Assembly (NCBI GenBank): GCA_016178135.1
Contig: JACOTW010000002.1
Span: 77,043 to 141,042 of the forward strand
Direction: 5' to 3'
Source of the DNA: Candidatus Saccharimonadota bacterium
Lineage (GTDB): Bacteria > Patescibacteriota > Saccharimonadia > Saccharimonadales > JACOTW01
Length of the DNA stretch: 64,000 nucleotides
Position 1 is the first letter of the stretch; each line of letters starts with the position of its first letter. Both the position numbers and the translations under genes were made by a program. A model generated the notes under the pieces. That model saw only the letters and a list, made by a program, of their open reading frames with translations. It did not search any database and was not told the DNA's origin. Of this stretch, positions 16,864 to 25,037 are shown one piece after another.

Positions 16864-17529
16864 ATGTGGCAAGAAAAAAACGGCGAATTATATCAAAAAT
16901 TTGAATTTAAAGATTTCCAGGATGCTTTTTTATTTATGCAAGTGGTGGCTACTGAAGCCGAAAAGCAACATCATCATCCTCGTTGGTGTAATGATTGGAA
17001 TGTAGTAGAGATATGGTTAAGTACGCATGAAGCTGGTCATGAAGTTACGGATAAGGATTGGTCGCTAGCGGAGAAAATCACCGAATTGTTCGATGGTCAG
17101 CAAATGTCTGCAGATGATTCAGTTATAAAATATGAAAAAATAAAGCTTTATGCCGATGGTGGCTCCAGGGGTAATCCTGGCCCTTCTGCTTCGGGCTATG
17201 TTTTGATGGATCTAAATGACAATGTTATATTCAGGACCGGCATTTATCTAGGTGTTACGACGAATAATCAAGCGGAATATAAGGCACTTAAATTTGGTCT
17301 AGAAAAAGCTCAAAAAATGCTAGTGCAAGAAGTAAATGTTTTCTTGGACAGTCTTTTAGTTGTGAATCAAATGAAAGGTACTTTTAAGATTAAAAATAAA
17401 GATCTTTTGCCAATTTATGATGCCATTCAAGAACTTCTAGGACATTTTCGAAAGGTTACTTTTACTCATGTCCCAAGAGCACTTAACAAGCTTGCCGACG
17501 CTGAAGTCAATAAGGTACTTGATCTATAG
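16864..17529 (+). CDS. Fusion protein: pterin-4a-carbinolamine dehydratase-like domain plus RNase H (type 1) domain
   Basis: The N-terminus 'FKDFQDAFLFMQVVATEAEKQHHHPRWCNDWNVVEIWLSTH' carries the PCD signature. The C-terminus 'LYADGGSRGNPGPSASGYVL...NNQAEYKALKFGLEKA...DSLLVVNQM...LNKLADAEVN' is an RNase H fold. Confidence 0.7.
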   Translation: MWQEKNGELYQKFEFKDFQDAFLFMQVVATEAEKQHHHPRWCNDWNVVEIWLSTHEAGHEVTDKDWSLAEKITELFDGQQMSADDSVIKYEKIKLYADGGSRGNPGPSASGYVLMDLNDNVIFRTGIYLGVTTNNQAEYKALKFGLEKAQKMLVQEVNVFLDSLLVVNQMKGTFKIKNKDLLPIYDAIQELLGHFRKVTFTHVPRALNKLADAEVNKVLDL

Positions 17530-17689
17530 CCATCCCAAAACAAAATGACCATTTTTGTCTGCGCCTGATGATCTAAAAACTACTTTTTTGTCTGTAGCAT
17601 ATCTACGGATATGCTTTAGCCAAAGAAAGCTAGTTTTTAGACTCATCATCCATCACTCAAAATTTGGTCATTTTGTTTTGGAATGGCTA
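17527..17689. mobile_element. MITE-like element, family C, copy C1
   Basis: TIRs TAGCCATCCCAAAACAAAATGACCA / TGGTCATTTTGTTTTGGAATGGCTA with TA on both flanks. Its first 3 nt (TAG) are the stop codon of the preceding gene. An inverted copy is at 22738-22900. Confidence 0.85.
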
Positions 17690-17761
17690 TACTATAGGCA
17701 TCAAACTCTGACTTGCCCCGATCCTGTACCCGTAAGCAGCACTAGTCGGCTTTTTTGCTAA

Positions 17762-17830
17762 ACTGGACCTGCTACAAAAATCCCTCGTTTCCGGGGCGAA
17801 TCAGCTCGAGCGAAAACTGTTTTTACTGGA
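17762..17830. repeat. Family A partial copy (left half)
   Basis: ACTGGACCTGCTACAAAAATCCCTCG...GAGCGAAAACTGTTTTTACTGGA. Confidence 0.6.
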
Positions 17831-17893
17831 TGTCATTCAATCTAAAAATGAAGTATGTCCGACAGTCCCAGTAAATGTTATAATTAACTCGTG

Positions 17894-18260
17894 CCAGATT
17901 ATCGGCTAATCGCCCCGCATATGCGGGGAGGAAAGTCCGGGCAGCGTAGGGAAAGACAGTCGCTAACGGCGACCGGGGGTAACCCTAGGGAAAGTGCCAC
18001 AGAAACGAAACCGCCTCGCATATGCGAGGTAAGGATGAAACGAGTGGGGTAAAAGCTCACAGTTCTATACGGTGACGTATGGGAGAGGTAAACCCTGTCT
18101 GCTGCAAGGAGATGGACTCTCATCGGCTAAACCGATTGGTGTCCCGCCAGAGCCTATCATAGAATCCGCTTGATCCGTCGAGCAATTGGCGGACTAGATA
18201 GATGATTAGCAGCCCCGCATATACGGGGTGAACAGAACCCGGCTTACGGATAATCTGGTA
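17894..18260 (+). ncRNA. rnpB: RNase P RNA, bacterial type A
   Basis: Conserved 'GAGGAAAGTCCGGGC' near the 5' end and 'ACAGAACCCGGCTTA' near the 3' end. P1 pairs CCAGATTATCGG (17894-) with CGGATAATCTGG (-18258). Confidence 0.9.
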
Positions 18261-18305
18261 CTTTATGTCTACTGTCAACGTTTAATGTGATGGACGTTAA
18301 TTATT

Positions 18306-19337
18306 ATGAGAAAAAACAAGAAATCTAATTTCCAGAATATTATTAGTACTCGTATGTGGACTAGGAACATTAAGTTGGTAGTATTTTTAGTAAGTTTTGG
18401 CTTAATTGGTGCTACATTTTTGCTAAAATCATACGCGATTACATCAAGCGAACCCCCTATGGGATTAATGATTCAAGTTTCATCTTTAGCCCCCAACACA
18501 ACACCGGCAACGCTAAAAACTTATCTTTCTACGATTCGCAAAAATCATCGTGATAAATCCAAGCCAGGCTATATTAACTCCATCGTTTTACAAGATATAG
18601 CAGATCAAAACGGTAATTTATTAACCAGTTATTTGGATGTTATTAAACCATTCTTGCCTGGCGGATCAACACCAGCTTTCGATCGCGCTTTTATTGGCAC
18701 AATCGATTTAAACTGGAGTGGAAGTGGCTCAAAATATATTGAAGGCATTGCCAACGCTACTTTTCGCGATAAGAACGTAAATCTTTCTAAAACTGTTGCT
18801 CAAGCCTTCAAAAAACGTTACCCATTAATAAAGACTGATTGGTATATAACATATGAGGCAAATTTGGCTGGTTTTTGGGACTCCAATATTGAAACGAATT
18901 ATCTAACCTATATCAATCAGCTGACCATAGCTCTATCGAGTGTAACTTCAGGCAAAACATTTATGTGGTCTCCAGCTTTTTGGACGCCCTATAGAAACGA
19001 ACCAGACTGGGCATTACCAGGACTAAAAACAAATTTCAACGATTTATTCTCTAAAATTCAGGCGCCTATAATTCTTAATTTTCAGGATTTTGTCGGTCAG
19101 AGTAACGGTAACTCAACAAAAGAGGACGCTGTAATCTGGCTGACTTACTTAAAACAAAATGTACCATCGTTAAGTAATATTCAGATTAATGTAGAACAAT
19201 TCAAGCAAAACACCGATGGTTCAATCGTCCCTGGCGACTCTACTGAATTGCCTGCCAGAGAAAAATATTACGTTAAAAATGGTATTAAATTAGGCCCAGC
19301 TTGGGAAATACGCTATTGGTATAAGCGATTATACTAA
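18306..19337 (+). CDS. Secreted or membrane-anchored hypothetical protein
   Basis: 343 aa. It has an N-terminal basic stretch and a TM/signal segment 'IKLVVFLVSFGLIGATFLLKSYA'. No catalytic motif is recognised. Confidence 0.5.
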   Translation: MRKNKKSNFQNIISTRMWTRNIKLVVFLVSFGLIGATFLLKSYAITSSEPPMGLMIQVSSLAPNTTPATLKTYLSTIRKNHRDKSKPGYINSIVLQDIADQNGNLLTSYLDVIKPFLPGGSTPAFDRAFIGTIDLNWSGSGSKYIEGIANATFRDKNVNLSKTVAQAFKKRYPLIKTDWYITYEANLAGFWDSNIETNYLTYINQLTIALSSVTSGKTFMWSPAFWTPYRNEPDWALPGLKTNFNDLFSKIQAPIILNFQDFVGQSNGNSTKEDAVIWLTYLKQNVPSLSNIQINVEQFKQNTDGSIVPGDSTELPAREKYYVKNGIKLGPAWEIRYWYKRLY

Positions 19338-19351
19338 CTATCGAAACTTGG

Positions 19352-19510
19352 CACGAGTTTCGCGCTTTTCCATCGTCCCAGATGACACCTGACAGGCTAC
19401 AGCCGCTCACTCCTCACTCAACATAGGCTATAGCCCAAGCCTCCCTCGGATTGAACAACTGTAACCAGCCAGCTACCACCTGGTATCAATGGCTAAGTGC
19501 GAAACTCGTG
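19352..19510. mobile_element. MITE-like element, family D, copy D1
   Basis: 14-bp TIRs CACGAGTTTCGC(G/A)C ... GTGCGAAACTCGTG. Alignable throughout with 56047-56205. Confidence 0.8.
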
Positions 19511-19547
19511 CCTGGTTGTAGCTCAAGGGGTTGTGAAAGAGGTCTAG

Positions 19548-19585
19548 TCTGGGGATGAAGGAGTTTTGCATAACTCGAGTCCAGT
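19548..19585. repeat. Family A partial copy (right end)
   Basis: TCTGGGGATGAAGGAGTTTTGCATAACTCGAGTCCAGT abuts the rplT stop codon. Confidence 0.6.
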
Positions 19586-19589
19586 AAAA

Positions 19590-19934
19590 TTATTTTTGAG
19601 TAACCTTAACTACGGCTTCAAAAGCTTTCGGTTCATTTACGGCAAGCTCACTCAAAATTTTACGGTCAATAACTACGTTGGCTTTTTTAAGGGCCGTAAT
19701 CAAGCGACTATACGTCGTACCATTTAGTCGAGCGGCGGCATTTATACGAGTGTTCCACAATTCTCTAAATGTTCGCTTACGATTTTTACGATCTCGCGTA
19801 GCGTACTGAAGTGATTTAGTTATTGCTTGCTTTCCACGCTTAATACTTGATCGATTACCACGAGTCATGCCTTTTGTAGCATGCCGAATTTTCTTGTGCT
19901 TGGCGTGACTGGCGACACCTCTTTTAACGCGCAT
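19590..19934 (-). CDS. rplT: 50S ribosomal protein L20
   Basis: '[16 protein letters not shown]...[23 protein letters not shown]' is canonical L20. Confidence 0.9.
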   Translation of the reverse strand: MRVKRGVASHAKHKKIRHATKGMTRGNRSSIKRGKQAITKSLQYATRDRKNRKRTFRELWNTRINAAARLNGTTYSRLITALKKANVVIDRKILSELAVNEPKAFEAVVKVTQK

Positions 19935-20008
19935 ATTTACTCCTTTTGGTAGTTTGCTTAAAATCTAATAATAAAAGTACTTTTGCTGATCGATTTGACG
20001 GACACATA

Positions 20009-20203
20009 CTAGATTCCCAGGTTTAACTTAATATTCTTTTTACTCTTGCCATCTACATTTTCTACACCAGCAAAACGTCGCTTGCGTGCAGCACTCTTTT
20101 TTTGCAAAAGGTGACTGCCAGTTGAATGACGACGTTGAACTTTGCCAGATTTAGATAGTTTAATACGGTCTTTTGTACCGCTATGGGTTTTTAGTTTTGG
20201 CAT
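20009..20203 (-). CDS. rpmI: 50S ribosomal protein L35
   Basis: 'MPKLKTHSGTKDRIKLSKSGKVQRR' is canonical L35. Confidence 0.9.
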   Translation of the reverse strand: MPKLKTHSGTKDRIKLSKSGKVQRRHSTGSHLLQKKSAARKRRFAGVENVDGKSKKNIKLNLGI

Positions 20204-20228
20204 ACGAAGCCTCCTTGTTTGGTAGTTA

Positions 20229-20753
20229 TCACGATTTTTTTGAAGAACCGTTCTTTCTTATCACGAAACTAAGTTGTTTACCAGCTAGTTGGGGCTGTTG
20301 CTCGACTACTACAGTGTCCCCGTAACCTTGTATGACTTTGTCAGCTAATTTAAATCCAAGATCTTTGTGGGCTAGTTCTCGACCGCGATAGAATACAGTA
20401 ATTTTTACTTTATGACCAGCCTCCAGGAAGCTACTCACTTTATTAAGCTTTACTACCAAATCATGTTCGCCAATCTTTAATCCGAAACGCATTTGTTTAA
20501 TCTCGGGATTTTTGACTCCTTGCTTGTTTTTTTGTAGCTGCTTAGTTCGCTGGTAATTATATTTCCCCCAGTCAATAATCTTAGCTACAGGCGGATTTGC
20601 ATCAGGTGAAATCTCTACAAGGTCAAGCTCTGATTCTTCAGCAAGCTTTAATGCCTCACTTCGAGATAAAACACCAAGCTGCTGGCCTTCTTCATCTATG
20701 ACTCGTAGCTGCGATGCCCGAATTGACTCATTCAGGCGTACAAACTTACTGAT
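20229..20753 (-). CDS. infC: Translation initiation factor IF-3, probable non-AUG (ATC) start
   Basis: The tracked ORF (87 aa) is only the C-domain. The frame stays open upstream and reads 'ISKFVRLNESIRASQLRVIDEEGQQLGVLSRSEALKLAEESELDLVEISPDANPPVAKIIDWGKYNYQ', an IF3 N-domain. AAGGAG lies 9 nt before the ATC at 20753. Confidence 0.8.
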   Translation of the reverse strand: MSKFVRLNESIRASQLRVIDEEGQQLGVLSRSEALKLAEESELDLVEISPDANPPVAKIIDWGKYNYQRTKQLQKNKQGVKNPEIKQMRFGLKIGEHDLVVKLNKVSSFLEAGHKVKITVFYRGRELAHKDLGFKLADKVIQGYGDTVVVEQQPQLAGKQLSFVIRKNGSSKKS

Positions 20754-20830
20754 ATGACAGATCTCCTTTTCATCTATTTGCTGACTTGCTGTTAATTCTA
20801 ACAGGTAAGGGAACAGAGGTCAAGCAAAAG

Positions 20831-22351
20831 CTATAGCATCATCTGTGGGCGACGATACTGCAGCGCTTCGGTAATATGTGGAATTTGAATATTTTGTTCT
20901 TCTGAAAGATCGGCAATAGTTCTAGCTACTTTAATTGTACGCATATAACTTCTGGCAGAGATTTGTAATTGTTCGGAGGCCTTGTTAAGGAGTTTTTCGG
21001 CCTCATTGGTTAGATTAGAGCTCTGTTTTATATCACGATTATTCATGCTGGCATTAAGCCGTAGTGAGCCAAGTCTCTGTAGCTGATTATGACGAGCAGC
21101 AACAACACGTGCCCTTATTTGCTTGCTATTTTCATTTTCATTATTCGCATGGAGCAGGGTATTATGCTTAACTTCGTCTACATTAACGTATAAATCTATT
21201 CGGTCGATAATTGGGCCAGAAATTTTACGTTGGTAATTATTGATTTGCCCGGGCAAGCAAGTGCACTCCTTCGATGTTCCATAATAACCACAAGGACAGG
21301 GATTACTTGTAGCTACTAGAATAAAGTCGGCAGGAAAAGTTATGGTATCTTTGGCTCGAGCTACTGTAATAACATTGTCCTCAAGTGGTTGCCTCAATGC
21401 CTCAATAGTGGATCGATTAAATTCGGGGAATTCATCAAAAAGTAAGACCCCTTTATGGCTAAGACTGATTTCACCTGGGCGAGGGTGTTGTCCACCCCCG
21501 ACAATAGCTATATTGCTAGCACTGTGGTGTGGTGAACGAAATGGTCGTGTAGCTATAATTTGTTCGTAGTCCTTATTTGCTAAACTGTGAAGCTGGGTAA
21601 CTTCTAATATTTCTTCTCTTTTAAGTGGAGGTAAAATTGACGGTAGTACTCTCGCTAGCATAGTTTTTCCGGTACCGGGCGGCCCATTTAATAAAATATT
21701 ATGTCCTCCAGCTGCGGTTATTTCTAGAGCACGTTTTGCCCGAGGCTGACCCACGATATCATTCATATCGTTGGGGTAATTTTCCTCGATTTTCGCTGAT
21801 ATCGAACTAGTATTAGTGTCGAATTTCTTAAAAGGCACTGTATCGCTAAAGCCAAGATACAATTCTCGCAAATGCTCTATAGGTATAAGAGTTATGTCTG
21901 GCACTAAAAGTGCTTGTGCCAGATTATTCCTTGGTATGAAGAAGTTATTTAGACCCTTTGCTCTACCGCTCAACAGTTTACCGATTATGCCCCGCACTGG
22001 ACGTGTGCGACCATCTAGGCCTAGCTCTCCTATAAGGGCTGATTTTTGCAATAGTGTAGTGGCTTTTATTTGTTGACTTGCCAGTAGTATCGCCGTAGCG
22101 ATGGCTAGATCATATCCCGTTCCTTCTTTGGGTAGGTCAGCTGGAGCTAGATTGATAGTAATACGTTTTTTAGGAAATGTCAGATCAGCACTAATAAAAC
22201 TACTTCTTACTCGTTCTTTGGCCTCTTCAATCGCTTTGCTTGCGAAACCTACGATAATAATACTAGGTAAGCCGTTTGTTACCTGACATTCAATATCAAT
22301 AATTATGCCACTGGCGGATGAATCTCCTATGCTACGAACGCTTACACTCAT
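20831..22351 (-). CDS. comM: YifB/ComM-family Mg-chelatase-like AAA+ ATPase
   Basis: 506 aa with an N-terminal Lon-protease-like 'ChlI' region ('RITINLAPADLPKEGTGYDLAIA'), Walker A 'GPPGTGKTM' and Walker B 'VLLFDEFPEF'. Confidence 0.85.
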   Translation of the reverse strand: MSVSVRSIGDSSASGIIIDIECQVTNGLPSIIIVGFASKAIEEAKERVRSSFISADLTFPKKRITINLAPADLPKEGTGYDLAIATAILLASQQIKATTLLQKSALIGELGLDGRTRPVRGIIGKLLSGRAKGLNNFFIPRNNLAQALLVPDITLIPIEHLRELYLGFSDTVPFKKFDTNTSSISAKIEENYPNDMNDIVGQPRAKRALEITAAGGHNILLNGPPGTGKTMLARVLPSILPPLKREEILEVTQLHSLANKDYEQIIATRPFRSPHHSASNIAIVGGGQHPRPGEISLSHKGVLLFDEFPEFNRSTIEALRQPLEDNVITVARAKDTITFPADFILVATSNPCPCGYYGTSKECTCLPGQINNYQRKISGPIIDRIDLYVNVDEVKHNTLLHANNENENSKQIRARVVAARHNQLQRLGSLRLNASMNNRDIKQSSNLTNEAEKLLNKASEQLQISARSYMRTIKVARTIADLSEEQNIQIPHITEALQYRRPQMML

Positions 22352-22410
22352 GGAATGTATTGTAATGTATGGTTGATTAACTTTAACTATAAAAAGTTTG
22401 AATGTTATTT

Positions 22411-22439
22411 AAAAACCCGCATATTTTTGTGCGGGTTTT
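22411..22439. terminator. Terminator-like hairpin with A/T runs on both sides
   Basis: AAAAACCCGCA-TATTTTTG-TGCGGGTTTT. Confidence 0.5.
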
Positions 22440-22737
22440 GTAAGGTTTTGAGATTTTTATTATGAGTTTTAAAACGTGTTGGTTTTATTGTTTTTATGGA
22501 ACAACGGCTTGCGAGAAGCCGTTGTTACAGATTCGTTTTTGTTTTGAGCACTTTTTTTATTCAAGCGCCATACTCATCTTATATATCTGATTTTGGACTG
22601 TCAATAGAACTCACGCTTATTTTTTTAGCTACCTGTGCATAACTTTATAATTTTAAGCCCTTTTTAGAAATATACACTTTATAATTTCTGCAAAAAATCT
22701 AGGATATGTGGCTATACAGGCACGAGTTTCGCACTTA

Positions 22738-22900
22738 TAGCCATTCCAAAACAAAATGACCAAATTTTGAGTGATGGATGATGAGTCTAAAAACTAGCTT
22801 TCTTTGGCTAAAGCATATCCGTAGATATGCTGCAGACAAAAAAGTAGTTTTTAGATCATCAAGCGCAGACAAAAATGGTCATTTTGTTTTGGGATGGCTA
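22738..22900. mobile_element. Family C element, copy C2 (inverted relative to C1)
   Basis: TAGCCATTCCAAAACAAAATGACCA ... TGGTCATTTTGTTTTGGGATGGCTA with TA flanks. It is preceded by a 15-bp family D terminus (22721-22735). Confidence 0.85.
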
Positions 22901-23279
22901 TAGGTCAATGCGTACTAATCGGGCTATGATATTTTATTCAAAAAATATATAAACATACAATAATTTATATCCTGAATGCTATACAAATCGTTATTTTTTA
23001 AACAACAGTAATTAATAAAAAATAAATGGTAAAATAATGTACGCAACAGTTTAACATTGTCTATATAACAACAAAAGTATTGACTAAAATAGTGTTTAGT
23101 AGTAACTTAACTAGTGTGAGTTAAAAAACAAAAAACTTACAATCTACAATAAATTTGGTTTGGCAAATTTATTGCTATCGCTCTCATTATGAGAGCGGTC
23201 AGTCAAAGCTATGGACGATAAGCGCTAATAAATTATTTTTTGTAAGAGCGGATTTATCGTCCTAGCTCTATTTAAAATA

Positions 23280-23464
23280 TTGTTCAACACGAGTTTCGCA
23301 GTTTGCCATTGATACCTTGGTTGCTCTAAGCCGAGCGAAAACAGTTTTCTCTGACACGCATTTCGCACTTAGCCGTTGATGCCAGTTTGCACCTAGCTGA
23401 GCAAAAACTGCTGAACTGATGGAGAGGTGGCTGTAGCTACATGGAGAGCAGGTCAATAGTTTGT
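23280..23464. repeat. Mosaic of degenerate family D and A fragments
   Basis: Contains CACGAGTTTCGCA, GAGCGAAAACAGTTTTCTCTGA, CATTTCGCACTTAGCCGTTGATG and GGAGAGGTGGCTGTAGCTACATGGAGAG. Confidence 0.55.
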
Positions 23465-23625
23465 ACTGGACTTGTATATTGATCCCTCATCCTCAGGCCG
23501 ACTAACCTCGGCTACAAACAGTTTTTCCTCTCTCGATGTACCTCCCAGGTACCTCTCCTTCAGACAAAACTGTTTTCGCTCGAGCTGATTCGCCCTGGGA
23601 ACGAGGGATTTTGCGTAAGTCCAGT
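23465..23625. mobile_element. Family A element A8 (full)
   Basis: 161 bp with GT/GT flanks, the same subtype as A3. Confidence 0.85.
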
Positions 23626-23825
23626 GTAGCCAGTTAGGAGTGAACTGGGGCAATGGAAAAGTGCGAAATGCGTGTCTGAAAGGGAGGTAGCCATATAGCT
23701 ACCGTAAACCAGAATCTACAGATTTGATCCATTGAGAGACATCAAAACACAGGTTTTGTTTCGGGCTATAGGGATATATAGATTGGGGGGTTGTGCAATA
23801 GGTCTAATATATTTAATCTAGTGTT

Positions 23826-24200
23826 ATGCTAGGGCGCAAAACTCACAAGAACAATATTTTTCGTAAACTACTACTTAGTAGCTTATTGTTTTTGTTGTTG
23901 CTACTGATTTTTGGAACAGATCCCCAGAAAATGGCTCTGCCTCTTTTGGTTGCTCCATTTATACTTATATTTATACTTATTTTTCTTAGTTTACTTTTTG
24001 TAATACAGGGCAGACTGAATGCCCCAAAACTATTAACTCAAAAATCAATAACTATAGCTATTACGGCAGCTGGAATACCGGTCATGTTGCTAGTTTTAAA
24101 ATCCATTGATCAGCTATCTTTAAGAGATATACTGATTTTATTGGGACTTTTCGGAGGTATATTATTCTACATTTCAAGATCCGATATGCTGACATCCTAA
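23826..24200 (+). CDS. Small integral membrane protein (3-4 TM), hypothetical
   Basis: 124 aa, strongly hydrophobic, with L/I/F-rich segments. Confidence 0.5.
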   Translation: MLGRKTHKNNIFRKLLLSSLLFLLLLLIFGTDPQKMALPLLVAPFILIFILIFLSLLFVIQGRLNAPKLLTQKSITIAITAAGIPVMLLVLKSIDQLSLRDILILLGLFGGILFYISRSDMLTS

Positions 24201-24274
24201 AAAATAATGTTTCATGGCATAGTCTTGCTTTAGCCAAAACTTATGTCTACGAAAAAGTGTGAAAGTCCTATATA

Positions 24275-24437
24275 TAGCCCCCGCAAAACAAATTCACGGC
24301 TTTTTGAACCGCCCTCTCCGGCCAAAAACTGTCTTTCCTCATTCACCTTATCTAATGATATGCTTCCCTCGGAAAAGCCAGTTTTTGACTCGAAGATCAT
24401 CGGCTCCAAAACCCCCGAATTTGTTTTGCGGGGGCTA
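24275..24437. mobile_element. Family B (alpha) element, full copy B2
   Basis: Same TIRs as B1 and TA flanks. It is immediately followed by family D copy D3. Confidence 0.85.
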
Positions 24438-24440
24438 TAC

Positions 24441-24600
24441 CACGAGTTTCGCACCTTTCTGTTGTCCCTAGCTCACACCTGAACGGCTACAAACTTCTAC
24501 TCCTCACTCAACATAGGCTACGGCTCAAGCCTCACTCGGATTAAAGGTTTTTGCCTGTCCAGTTGCAACTTGACATCAACGGCTAAGTGCGAAATTCGTG
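24441..24600. mobile_element. Family D element, divergent copy D3
   Basis: CACGAGTTTCGCACC ... GGCTAAGTGCGAAATTCGTG. As with D2, it is followed by TATACTAT and then an ATG. Confidence 0.75.
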
Positions 24601-24611
24601 TATACTATAAA

Positions 24612-25028
24612 ATGATGGATGAAAAGCATGTTGAATTTGGACCACCAACAGATCTTCCACCGTTAGCACACCGTTTATCACCTGAATTACAGGGAAAAGA
24701 AATGGGCTATAGAGAAGATGTGGTAGCCATGGCGCTTGAACAGGGCGCGAGTAGTTCAGTAACACCTCTTAATCATCAAACAGTTACAGTACCAGATGGT
24801 GCGTCTTCTGCAAAAACTCATTCGATTGGGGGCGCCTCTTATGCTTCTTCACTTCCGTCTGTTGCTGACGACACTAATCTTATAGAAAAGACCTGGGTGA
24901 TCAAAGCAAAAGAGATTGTCGAGAAAACAAAAGACAATCCCTACATACAAAATCAAGCAATGAATATAGTAAAAGCTGACTACCTCAAAAAACGTTATGG
25001 TAAGGATATTAAGTTAAGCAACAGCTAG
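24612..25028 (+). CDS. Hypothetical protein upstream of the TraD/VirD4-like ATPase
   Basis: 138 aa from the ATG at 24612, which is 5 nt after TATACT. The tracked start at 24570 lies inside repeat D3. Confidence 0.5.
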   Translation: MMDEKHVEFGPPTDLPPLAHRLSPELQGKEMGYREDVVAMALEQGASSSVTPLNHQTVTVPDGASSAKTHSIGGASYASSLPSVADDTNLIEKTWVIKAKEIVEKTKDNPYIQNQAMNIVKADYLKKRYGKDIKLSNS

Positions 25029-25037
25029 GTTAAAACA

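Noticed and set aside
22352-23825. Replication origin in the long AT-rich intergenic region.
   Set aside because: I found no cluster of TTATCCACA-like DnaA boxes, only isolated one-to-two-mismatch 9-mers. No dnaA or dnaN is adjacent. It is kept only as a low-interest note.
24570-24611. Upstream non-ATG start for ORF 24570-25028, and the 56125 start for ftsA.
   Set aside because: Both extensions are translated family D repeat sequence. Conserved N-termini and -10 boxes support the downstream ATGs at 24612 and 56218.
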